NCBI GenBank assembly: GCA_045837725.1
Contig: JBEWZL010000030.1
Location: forward strand, 124,001 to 188,000
Direction: 5' to 3'
Length of the DNA stretch: 64,000 bases
Origin: Vermamoeba vermiformis
Lineage: Eukaryota
The translations under genes and the position numbers were made by a program. Shown here piece after piece: positions 12,001 to 23,761 of the stretch. Under the pieces are notes generated by a model. That model was not told the origin of the DNA, did not search any database, and saw only the letters and a list, made by a program, of their open reading frames with translations. The stretch's first letter is position 1. Every line of letters begins with the position of its first letter.

Positions 12001-14720
12001 CAACAAAGTTCTTACAACAAACACTGCAATCGCCAACATCAATTTCTGAGGCCGAGAATCCAGAGAATTTCCATTTTTGGACCCGAAAACTGTTCGGCAA
12101 GAAGCGCAAAGATCGTGAGTGGAAGTTACATCACTTGACTGAGATTTACTCTCGCCGATATTTGCTCAATTGGACTGCGATTGAAATGTTCTTTGACAAC
12201 AGAAGGTACATTAATAGTTTCAATAATAACACTTCATCGTATTGACTTGTCGTTAGAAACTTCTTGCTCAACTTTGCAAACCGTCAACAATGCGAACTGT
12301 TCCACAAGCACGTCGTTGGACAAAAGCCCAAACAATTGCAACAAAGCTTCTTCGGACACGCCAGAGACTTGTTCAAGAAGGTTAGTTAAATAAAACTCAC
12401 GAACAAAGGCTGCGAGTACTAACGCTTGTTTAGAATGCCTACATTACCGAGCTGTGGAGGACGAGACAGATCAGCAATTTTGACTACTTGATGTTCCTCA
12501 ACAAGGTCGCTGGTCGCACTTACAATGACTTGACGCAGTACCCCGTGTTCCCGTGGATCATATCGAACTACGAGACTGAGAAGTTAGACTTGAACGATCC
12601 GAGCAATTACCGTGATTTGAGCAAGCCTGTTGGTGCCTTGGACGAGGTTCGATTGCAAAAGTTCCAAGAGCGTTACGACAACTTTATCGATGACAACATT
12701 CCACCCTTCTACTATGGCTCGCACTACTCGACGGCAGGCGCAGTGTTGTTCTATTTGATCAGAATGGAACCTTTCACCAGTCAGTTCTTGTGTCTGCAGG
12801 GAGGCAAGTTCGACTACCCCGACAGAATCTTTGACTCAATTCCTGGCACGTGGGAGAACTGTCTCAAGAGCACGACGGACGTAAAAGAATTGATCCCTGA
12901 ATTCTTTTACTTGCCCGAGTTCTTGACCAACAACAATCAATTCGATTTGGGCACGAAGCAGAACGGTAACAAGATTGGAAACATTGGTCTGCCTCCTTGG
13001 GCCAAGAACGAATTCGAATTCATTCGCATTCAGCGCGAGGCGTTAGAGTCAGACTACGTGTCACAACACTTGCACGAGTGGATTGACTTGATCTTTGGCT
13101 ACAAACAGCGCGGCGAGGAAGCAATCAAAGCCAAGAACACGTTCTACTTCTTGACGTACGAAGGTGCTATTGATTTGAACAGTCTTCAAGACCCCGTGCA
13201 GAAGCAAGCTGTCATCGATCAGATCCAGAACTTTGGTCAGACCCCTGCACAGCTCTTGATAGCTCCTCATCCTCCTCGCGATCCACCCAGTCCTAATACG
13301 ATCTTGTAAGTTATGACAGCTCTGTCATATCCGTACTAACACCTCACCAGCTACAGCTTGGCACAGCCCATTCCACCCACTGTGTTTGAAGGCACGTTGG
13401 CCATGACCCTTCAACTTCCATTCAGCACGGGATACTCGCTGATTGCTTACAAAGACAGTGTAATTGCCGTCAATAGAAACGGCGAGTATTTGATGAACAA
13501 GTGGACTTGGAAGTCTCCCAGTATGTAATACAACCAATCACGTTTGTTCTTACTAACACAGTGTGTTACAGAGGAATTGAAGGCCGAGTCTTCAGGTGAC
13601 TTGCGTGGCCTGTCAGCACCTCAAATCAATTTGCCCTTCGAAATTGATCTCGATCACGACTACAGCACTTCATCAGCCATCTCATTCACACCGCTCACCA
13701 ACTCGCAAAACGATTGGAAACAAAAGCTCAAGTTCATTGAACGCATTCAAAACAGCATCACTAGCGGACATGAGAACAAACGTTTGCCCACAGTGACAAT
13801 GCCCTCGCATGATGCTCCTGAACACTTGAGTTCTGCTCCGTTCTTGGTACGATTCAACAGTGTTTCACTCGACCTTACTTGCTAATATGTTGTTTCTGCA
13901 GCTCTTAGACGAGGATCCGTACATGGTTATCACTTACGGCTATTGGGACAACAGCTTTAAAGTCACGAAGATTGGCGAGTTTGACACGTCCAAGATGACA
14001 CGTGTCTTGCAATCAATTGTCGCGCACAAACGTCCAGTGACTGTGTGCGACGCTGCTGGCTCGTATTTGGTGACTGGTTCCATTGACGCCACTCTTCGTG
14101 TCTTCAAGATTGATCACCGCAGAAGAGACAAGCGCGAAGGATTTTACGTGAAAGATGAGTATGAACACGTCTTGTACGGTCATTACGATCCCATCACGGC
14201 TGTCAAGCTGAACTCAGATCTGGACATTGCCGTGTCGAGCTCATCGCGCGGCATCTGTCTCATCCACACTTTGACCAAGGGCCGTTTAATTCGGTCACTG
14301 CCATTGCCAGCGGACCGTGACAGCACAATTGACTTGATTCAAATCTCACGCGAGGGTCTCATTGTGTTGTACAGCACTGCTTGTCGCACACTGTGGTTGT
14401 TCTCGCTCAACGGTCAGTTACTCGCACAACGCAGCCAAGACGAAGAAATTGACGTCACTGAGCACGGCCGCTATGTCATCTCGAGCATGTTGCTGACCAA
14501 GAATGGCAAGTTCCTGATCACTGGTGGTGACAAGCACGTGACCGTGTGGAGCATGAACGATCTGACAATTGTGCACCGCTACGACCCTGTCAGCGAGAAC
14601 GTTGTCGCCATCAATTTTGCACACGACGAGCGCGCTTTGTTGGTAGCCCTGCAGAACGGCCAACTGACTATCATTTACAAACCCAACATTGGCAGTCAAC
14701 TCATCCCTGGCAATGTTTAA
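6095..14720 (+). CDS. BEACH-domain protein (ConA-like, PH, BEACH, WD40); neurobeachin/Lvs family
   Basis: [15 protein letters not shown] '[16 protein letters not shown]', BEACH '[15 protein letters not shown]...YGSHYS...[13 protein letters not shown]...[12 protein letters not shown]...FGQTPAQL', C-terminal WD40 repeats. Many short introns. Confidence 0.95.
8175..8293 (+). rRNA. 5S ribosomal RNA gene inside BEACH intron 8091-8359
   Basis: GGGCACGAC...GTGTTGTGCTC helix I ends pair. Conserved eukaryotic 5S motifs GCACCGCTTCCCGTCCGATC, GAAGTTAAGC and TTAGTACTGGGGTAGGAGACTACCTGGGAA are present. Length about 119 nt. Confidence 0.97.
8293..8307 (+). terminator. RNA polymerase III oligo-T terminator of the 5S gene
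   Basis: TTTTC plus a further run of about 10 T directly after the 5S 3' end. Confidence 0.85.
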
Positions 14721-14907
14721 AAGCTCACCAGAACTAGACCCTCCAATATTTATTTGCACCACGCACTTCAACCTTGTAAATTTTGAAACAATAAAACCAA
14801 GAGTTATCGACAAATACTGGATTTATTATTACAGGTATATAAGATGGCATTAAATCGATATGTACATTTGGTGCGCAATTACATTATTAACAAGAATAAA
14901 TAACGTT

Positions 14908-15690
14908 TTAATAGCCGTACCTAAAGAAGTCGATTGTTAGTTAATATTTAATATTAATTCTCAGCCGAACACTTACATAGCCCAATATTCAACAAATTCA
15001 CGCTCGCTGAGTCTGCCAGAACGATCACGATCGATCATTTGGAAGAGACGAATAGCATCCATGGGGTTCATGTAATAGCCGAGCTGACCCATGGCTGTGA
15101 GCCACTCGTTGTAGTCCAAGCTGCCTGAAAAGTCACTGCAATAAAATGTGTTAGACAATGGCAATCAAGATCAAGTGCAGAGGGAATTGCGCCGCGCTAA
15201 CTTACCGATCGAACATGCGGAAAATGTTAGAAGCGTTCATCATTTTCTGGGCAATGTGAGGAGGAACACCCAATGGGATCATAAACGGTTGATAACGGTT
15301 GTACATCGTGGTGTATTGATAAGCTGAAGGCGAGTACATTTGAGGAACGCTCACGTAAGAGTGGTCGTTGTCACTAAAATCAGATAATTAATTCTTTGAT
15401 CAATTGTAAATAGTAATAAGATCGAGGTTGTATACACCTCGAAATACTGAACATTTGAGAATTTAATTTTTTTTAGATTTCGAGTTTGAAAATTGGAAAA
15501 GACTGCCAAGGGACAGCAAATGTTGCGATCTTTATGATCTTGATATTGATAATGTTAGTTGCAACTAATGATGCTTACTGGGAGCGCCAGGATAAACGCC
15601 AGGCATAGATGGGTAGCCACCGGGATAACCAGGAGGGGGATAACCACCAGGAGCAGGGTAACCGCCAGGGGGAGGATAGCCGCCGTACAT
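14908..15690 (-). CDS. EF-hand calcium-binding protein with Gly/Pro/Tyr-rich N-terminus (sorcin/peflin-like architecture)
   Basis: N-terminus MYGGYPPPGGYPAPGG. EF loops D.DFSGSLDYNEW and DRDRSGRLSEREF. The last exon splices to ...WAMYGY*. Confidence 0.8.
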
Positions 15691-15849
15691 TTTAGTTGTG
15701 TTGTTGTGTAAGGTGAGGTTAGTGTTATGAAAAATAAGCTGCGAACTTTTTTTGTCTTTGATCCGTCCCTTCACAAAATTGGACCAATCGTGGAACGCGA
15801 GAAAAGGGAATTCAAGCTGTTCAGAGAAGCAATTCACAGTGCGTAATTT

Positions 15850-18293
15850 TTAATGGTAATCCTCGTAGGGCATGAAATAGATGTTCAGCACGCCACGGTG
15901 TACTTCGATCGCCGTTCTTACGCCTTCGCCAAGCATTTCTCCATCCAGATCAACAATTCCTTTCTTCTTGCCGATCGGCTCCATAATTAATGCACGGACC
16001 TTGTCGTGATTGGCATAATCATCGTGCAGGTATTCTCCTGTTTCAAAGTCACCTGCAAAAGCGCCAAGAATTTTCATTTTCTCTGACCAGTTCAACGTGT
16101 AGATCAGATCCAAGCTACCGTCAGAAAAGTGTGCGTAGGGAGCAGGGCACATATCACCACTATTGTATATTAGACCTCGGTGTGATAATTTCTATTAAAG
16201 TATTACCTTGCGTGGGCGATATTCATGGCACCAAAGTAAGCGACATGTCCGCTGATCGCGTACCAAGGCTGTGGCAGATCTAACTTCTCGAGAACATCAG
16301 AAGGTAAATGAATGAAATTTCCCTTCTTTTCCTTCTTTGTAGCGGTTTCTTCGATGTACTGTGTGCGAATACGATTCAATCGGTCGAGATAATAGTCCGG
16401 ATCAATGTTGATCTGCGTCTGCAAGCCAGGAGCGAGACCGAGCACTTTGAACGGACCTGACTCTTGTTCTACTGGCTCCACGGACTCTTTTCTCTCTTCC
16501 ACCACGGTTGTTGTTATTATTGTTGACTTCAATATCAACTTCCTCAACTGTTTTGACTTCAGTCACGCCTTCACTGTCCTCGACACGGCAGTAAGTGCAG
16601 CGCGTGGCATGTAAACATCGCGGGAATGAGTCTGATTTGACCTTAGTCTTGTCCAACACTCTACCATTGCGATACTCGTCAAATGTTACGTTGGGCAGTG
16701 CGATCATATTCACTTCGTACTGTCGCAAGTCGAGAATGCGAATCAGACCACCGAGGATCAATCTGACACGCGAGTCAGTTGGGTTATATAGTGGCAATTT
16801 CGAGCATCAGAAGTACTTACCGAGCATCACCCATCCATCTCCATCGCTCACTTTCAATGTCAACTGGCGCACGTGTCAATACGAATACAGTGAATGGTTA
16901 GTGATACGTACCATCGGCCATCAGACCCCACAACAGGCCCATGAAGCCGTAACGCACCAACTTCCAGGGTTCATTCTGTGGCTCTATGTTATTGTTCTCA
17001 GGCTTATTTTCTTTCGTTTCAGCTTCAGTCGTGTTATTCTTGTTCTTCTGTTTTTTGTCTTCTTTTCCGTGTTTCCAAGTGATTTTGGAAGCCGGTTGGT
17101 AGAGCGCGATCAGATCCAACGGTCTGCTCTCACCTGTGGTTGTTAGATCAATTGAAACCATGCAACAAATGACGTACCTTTAATAATAGCCAACGCTGCA
17201 CGAATCGGATGCACGCCACCAACTTCAGCTGCCAGCGCATTGCCCGTGCCACCAGGGACTGTACCGACCTTGACGCGCTTGAGTACCTTGACAGCGTCCT
17301 CACGGCCCATCAAGCCGTTAATACACTCGTTCAGCAAGCCATCACCACTCACCGTGAAGACACCGTCAACATCGTCAAGTGACACCTGTCAACAAAGTGT
17401 CAACTACGCAAGTACGTCGATTTAACACTTACCTGTCGCACATCATCTTCACAGTGGCCTGCATATTGTGTGGCTACATTGATAGTGAGTAAAGAGGAAC
17501 TCAATATGCTTTAGCTGCACTTACTAACGATGGTCAATTTGTGGCCGGCTGCTTCGAACAGCGGACGAATCAAGTTGCACACTTTGGGCGCTTTTTTCTT
17601 TCCACCAAACGGATTGACGTAGCATCGGAATCGTTGTCCGCGCTCTACACGCAACGAGGTTAACACTGGTATACTTCAATGTTCCAGCCACTTACTTTGT
17701 CCTCGCTTCTCGAGTTCACCATTGATTTTGTTCATCCAAGCTGTGGCTGTGGCTGTGTCTTTGCAGGTGAATTTGAAATTGAGAATTTTGAATTCGGGTT
17801 GTTTTGGGATCTTGATAAGTTTCTTGTTGGGCGGCGTTGATTTTTTGAGTGGCAGTGCTTCGATGTGTCCGCAGCGTACAATAAATATTGACGACAAATC
17901 TACCGCTGATTTTTTGTCCTCTTTGTCCTTGACTGGTGGCGGGGCTGTGTTCTGATTCGTGTTCTGTTCGAGAGTATCATCGTCGGGGTTGTGTCGTGCG
18001 TGCGCAATCGGATCTGAAGCGAGAAATGCACCAGCAACATAATGCCATGGTACTAAGTATCCTTTTTTGCTTGCATACAGATCTACAGTTGGCCTGTCAA
18101 AGATCGCGGGATCAGCCAAAAATAAATGAAAATAAGCTTTGATTAATCGCATAATAATCGTGCGATTGCAGTTATTCGTTTTATTAAAATAAGTATGAGG
18201 GTGAATTAAAAAAAAAGAGAATCAATTAAATGTGATATTATAAAGCAGCTTCTAATATTATTTATTGCTTACCCTCGAGTCAACAAATGCCAT
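15850..18293 (-). CDS. Sphingosine kinase / DAGK catalytic-domain lipid kinase
   Basis: NPFGGKK, SGDGLLNECINGL, PGGTGNALA, FSDGSLDL and VDLDGE motifs. Short first exon MAFVDSR at 18293. Confidence 0.88.
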
Positions 18294-18540
18294 TGCAATC
18301 CCTCGGCCAATAAATTTAATGCCACCTGTTTGTTCAAATAAGTTGGCGGATCCAAGACAACGGATTCAGCCTCGGGGCTAAGTTGAACAAGCTTTTCTTC
18401 GGCACTCATTGTAATGGAGTCTGAGTTGTTGATATACTATCCGCTGTTTCTCGATCTGTTCAGGCTGAAAAAAAAAACAGACTCGGAAAATTGCTTCATA
18501 AGCCTTGGCTCCAAATTTCATCATATCATTTTGTCGTCGC

Positions 18541-20442
18541 ATGGCCTCACTGTACAAGCCGCTTGCTAGGAGTTTTTCAGTGTTAGGTAGCCGAATAAGC
18601 AAGGCAGGCCTTCTCAACAAAAAATTATTCTATTCTACGCGCAAGATGAGCAACACTCCGGTCAAAGTAAGGGTGCTCATATTATTTAATAACTATATTC
18701 TTACTCCCGTCGTTATATAGTTTGATGCAAGCGCCGCTGAGGCTGATCGTGTCAGACCTTTCGCTCAAACCGTGTGGCATGGTAAATACGCTATTAATAA
18801 TTATAAAAATTACTACACTACTTGTGGATACAAAATATAAGGGTTGCGTGCGATATTGAGAATTGTTTACTGATTTTCATACCACAGAGTTTTCTCCTTT
18901 GGCTTTGAAATACAACGCATGCAATCTTGGACAAGGTATGAAATAGAAGAAATTCACGAGTATCTTGAATCAATCAAATAACCATTTTCAGGTTTTCCTA
19001 ACTGGAATCCACCTGCGTTTATTACCAAAGCCGCACACGACGCTCACGATGAAATCACTACAGGTAGTATTAATACATATATCAGAGATACGATTATGGA
19101 TCTAATCATATCATGCGTGTAGTGCCCGGTGGCAAGTTGAATCAATATGCCCGCAGTGCTGGTCACATGCGCTTAGTGAATGCCATTGCCAAGATGTACT
19201 CACCACTGTTGGGACAACAACTCAACGGCGCGACTGACGTCTGCGTGTCAGCTGGTGCCTCGGAGGGTACGTCATTAACAAATATTTGACAGGTGTATTG
19301 AACTAACCGGCGTCAATTAGCTATCTTCTTGGTGGTCTCGGCCTTTGTGAACCCTGGTGATGAAGTGAGTACTGTGATAGGTGCTGTAAAGGCATGACAT
19401 TAATCCTGTGAATCTCGAAGGTAATTTTGCTCGAGCCGTTCTTTGACATTTATCTCGGTGCTATTACACTGTGCGGTGGTGTGCCCCGTTATGTCTCGTT
19501 GAAGCCTCCTAAGGACGTGACTGGCGAACACAACTCATCGGACTGGACCCTCGATGAGAACGAACTGCGACAAGCGATGACTGACAAGACGAAGTTGATC
19601 ATTCTCAACACTCCTCACAATCCTCTTGGCAAAGTTTACAGCAAATCTGAACTCGAAATGATCTCGCGTGTTGTTATGGTAAGCAACATGTGCCTGTAGT
19701 TAGTTGATCTGGACTGACAGGTGTCAATTATCAGGAACATCCGCGCTGCATCATGTTGAGCGATGAGGTCTATGAATGGCTCACTTTTGACGGCACTAAG
19801 CACGAGCGTATTGCCACAGTACCGGGCATGTGGGAGCGCACAGTGACCGTCTCATCCGCTAGCAAGACCTTCTCGATCACTGGCTGGAAGATTGGTTGGA
19901 CTGTTGGTCCCGCGAACTTGATCTCAGCCATCATGAAAGTGCAGGCCTTTGTCTGCTTCAGCATTGCCACTCCGCTGCAAGAGGCTGTGGCTGTTGCACT
20001 CGAGCAGTCGATGACCTCCAATTACTTCAACGAATTCCGTGCCGATTACCAACGCAGACGAGACTTCTTATTGCAAACTCTGCGCGACAGTGGTCTCGAG
20101 CCTATTGTGCCTCAAGGCTCGTTCTTTATTCTCGTGGATATCGGCAAAGTAAAACTGCCCGAAGGAGCAGGCACTGAGAAGACTATCACGGGTCAAAATA
20201 TGCACTTGAAGGACTGGAACTTCTGCCGCTGGCTCACCACTGAGATGGGTGTCGCAGCTATTCCTGTCTCGGCATTCTACAGGTGCGTATTGTACACGCC
20301 TCGATTTACGAACTAACTTGACATTCACAGCGAGGAGCACATGCCCAACAATGTCATTCGTCTTGCTTTCTGCAAAACCGATGATATTTTGAACAGAGCT
20401 CGCGAGAACTTGCTCAAGTTGAAGGATTTAATCCAAAAATAG
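18541..20442 (+). CDS. Kynurenine/glutamine aminotransferase (class I/II PLP), with probable mitochondrial presequence
   Basis: NLGQGFPNW, LNTPHNPLGKV, SDEVYEWL and SASKTFSITGWKIGW (PLP lysine). Arg/Ser/Leu-rich N-terminal 35 aa without acidic residues. Confidence 0.92.
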
Positions 20443-20957
20443 AAGCCCAATGAATAAATTGTTTATATTGCTGAACTGATGACGTCAAGATAATACTTTT
20501 ACTCACCTAGCTGGAATCGTGTAGTATATTTCTTCGGTGAAGCTCCGAAAGTAACGGAAGACGTTCAGCAAATTGGGACACCAAGCAGCACGCAGTCCTG
20601 CTCCGCACCGACCAGTGTGTTGTGATATTAGCTCCAGGCGTTCCTCAAATCTGCCCCGACGGCACCACTACCACCACAAAAGAAATTATGTACCCTTGCA
20701 AGGTTCAAGACGATTAGTTAGAAGGTACATTTCCTGAGTGTACATCCTAAAACTAGTACAATATGTTGAATACAATACAATACAATTATAAATTTAAACT
20801 TTAAGGGAACGGTGCAATGTCTTGTATTCTGCTCAGAATAGCAGGGAAATTCTGTTCGCTGAATCACGTGCTCAAAATTGCTCCTTTGGAAGGCTACCGA
20901 ACATTCTATTAGTTCAACTCTAATTGAATACCACAACACCACTCCTATTGTAACACA

Positions 20958-22497
20958 ATGGAAGCCTCATCCGGATTATCGAAGCTGCTTGGTGGTCATC
21001 TATTGAACCAGAAGCACGAACAAGTCCCTTTGAGCGAAGTTGTTAAAGACAAGAAATATGTTGGTCTTTACTTCTCAGCCAGTAAGTCTCAAGCCTGCGT
21101 GTTTGAAAGCTCTGACAAATTTTCGTGAATCCAAAATATTGACGTCTTTTAATTCTGTAATAATTGTTTAATAATTTAAAATGTTACAGGCTGGTGCCCT
21201 CCTTGCAGAATGTTCACTCCCATGCTTAAGGAATTTTACGATAAATACCACGCTGAGAAAGGTCTTGAATTAGTCTTTGTTAGCAGTGACAAGGAAGAGG
21301 GTAGCTTCAAAGAATACTTCTCGCACATGTCTTGGTACGCACTGCCATTCGCTGATAGAGACAGAAAGAATAAGGTATGCAAAGAATAATGCTGTTAAAT
21401 GTGTCATTCGATCTAATTTTGCCACAAAGCTTTCTCGCCGCTTTAAGATTGAAGGCATTCCTTCTCTCATTATTGTCGACGCAGACGGCAAGACAGTGTC
21501 AACCAGTGGTCGTGAACGCTTGATGAACGACCAAGAGGGCAAAGACTTCCCTTGGATCCCAAAGCCTTTGTGGGTTCAACTCGGCGACACTGTTGTCAAC
21601 CACAAAGACGAGGAGACTACCATCGAGAGCTTGAAGCAGAATGACGTGATTGGCATTTACTTCAGCGCCAGCTGGGTACGCGTTCAGTGAAAATTTGTGT
21701 TGTGACTGACATGTGCTGACGTCCTCGTTTGCCAGTGTGGTCCGTGCCGCGCCTTCACCCCCTTGTTGGTCGAAGTTTACAAGAAGCTCAAGGCTGAGGG
21801 CAAGAAGTTCGAAGTTATCTTTGCCAGCAATGACAACAACGAGATGGGCTTCAAGCAGTACTACGGACACATGCCCTGGCTCGCCTTCCCCTTCGGTGAT
21901 GATCGCATCACTGAGCTGGGTGAGGTCTTTGGTGTCGAAGGCATTCCCACCCTCGTGTTGATTGACGGCAAGACCGGTCAAGTCATCACTGACGACGGTC
22001 GTTCAGCCATTGCTAGCGACCCTGAAGGCAAAGAGTTCCCTTGGATTCCCAAGCCCGTGCAAGAACTCTCGCCCATGAGCACTTCATTGCTCAACGATCC
22101 TTGCTTGATCTTGTTGCAGGTGAGTAGCAGAACTATTATTTGGTAGCATCGACTAACAATTGTTATTCAGAAAGGAGCAGCTGATGCTGACAAGAACGTG
22201 GAGAGCATCAAGCAAGTCGGTGAAAGCTTGTCTGCCAAGTGGAAGGCTGATGCACCTGACGAGCCTGCTCCACTCAACTTCGTGTACACCACAGCTGAGG
22301 AGCATGAGCTTGGCGACCGTATCCGTGGCTTGCTGGCTATTGGCGACAAATCACCTGTGCTCTTCATCATGGACTTGGCCACTGGTGTCAAGTACGTGCA
22401 CCAAGGCGAGATCAACGCTGACTCAGTGCGCGACTTTGTGACTAAGTTTGTTGCCGGGGAGTTGAAAGCTGAAGCGATTCAACCTTCAAACCATTAG
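20958..22497 (+). CDS. Nucleoredoxin / tryparedoxin-like multi-thioredoxin protein
   Basis: Two duplicated domains, YFSASWCPPC and YFSASWCGPC (both assembled across introns), each followed by GIP(S/T)L...FPWIPKP. A third Trx-like domain lacks CxxC. Confidence 0.92.
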
Positions 22498-22621
22498 ATT
22501 GATCCTAATAACGCACCTGTTATTACATGTAAATAAACTCGGTGCCTCGTGCACGAGTTCAACCCAAACAACGACTTCTTCTTACTGAAGACCCATTTTC
22601 AGCTAAGCTAAGCTTCCAACA

Positions 22622-22736
22622 TTTTAAGGTCGGGTTAGACTGTTTCTACGCTCGAGTATTTGAGCTACAAAGTAGCGCACATTACTTGTTCCTCAGGGAG
22701 TAGCTATCCATTTTTACGCCGAGTTCGACCTTAAAA
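22622..22736. repeat. 11-bp inverted repeat bounding a 115-bp intergenic segment
   Basis: TTTTAAGGTCG (22622-22632) and CGACCTTAAAA (22726-22736). Confidence 0.6.
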
Positions 22737-22760
22737 CAATATGTATTGAGCGCAGTTCCA

Positions 22761-23706
22761 ATGGAGCACAACGACAAGGCAGAGGTAGGTCAAATACCAA
22801 TACCAATCCAAATGTTAGCACCGGTTGAGCTTTCTCTTAGCCACATCTAGCTTCCCAGTTTCCTACAAATGATCGAGTGAAGCTGAATGTAGGTGGAATA
22901 CGCTACGAAACTACCACTACTACGCTGCTAAAGTACCCTGAGACTTTACTCGGAGTAATGTTTCAACCACAAAATAAGCGGCTGTTAAAATTCGATAGCA
23001 ATGGCGAAGTATTTATTGATAGAGATGGGGATGTATTTTCGGTAAGAATTTAACAATACAAAAAATTTGTACCGCTAACCTGATCTGGAGGTAATTTTGA
23101 ATTTCTATCGGAATGGAAATATAATCTTGCCGCCCACTATGTCCCAACAAATGGTCGAACAAGAGTTGGAATTCTTTCAAATCCCTAGTCCATTCAAGCA
23201 GCCGAGGACAGGCGAAACATTGTACGAGAAACTCCGAGCGGTTAAAGAAAGGTTTGCGCGCGAAGAAAGAGCGAAGTTTGAAGGAAAATACGTACGTCAT
23301 AATCTAAAGCCAAATAATTGCTCACGTTGCATAGGTGCCTATTTGGGATAATTTCTTAAGCAAAGTAGCACCAATGCTGATTGATGTAGCTAACAAAGGA
23401 CAAGAGGACTGTCAGATTAGAGTTACAGAACAAATGTACCCAATATTTGAGAACAAATACAACAGCATCTCCAAGGAGAAAGTGCTTTACGTGCGAGATC
23501 CTGCTGTCGAACAATTTGTCAGATCCAACTTCATTAACTACGAATCAAACGAAGTCTATCTAAGAATGAAATTAGCAGTTAAAAATTACGTCGAAGAGAG
23601 GTACAAACTGCACGTCGATTACTTTCCACAGAACAACAACGCGATTTACATCAGTTTGAGCTGGAAAATTAACGTGAATGACTTGACAAATGGAACTGTA
23701 CTGTAA
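22761..23706 (+). CDS. KCTD-type BTB/POZ domain protein
   Basis: DRVKLNVGGIRYETTTTTLLKYPETLLGVMF...FIDRDGDVF...ILNFYRNG...ELEFFQI. Confidence 0.88.
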
Positions 23707-23761
23707 AATAGAAACTTTAAAACTTGAAAAACGCAAAAATACACTGTTACATCAACGGTAA

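Noticed and set aside
20590-20620. Minus-strand GGTCGGTGCGGAGCAGG resembling SRP RNA helix 8
   Set aside because: No GNRA tetraloop and no Alu or helix-6 context.
20958-22497. Possible selenocysteine in the nucleoredoxin active sites
   Set aside because: After splicing, both sites use TGC/TGT (WCPPC, WCGPC); there is no in-frame TGA.
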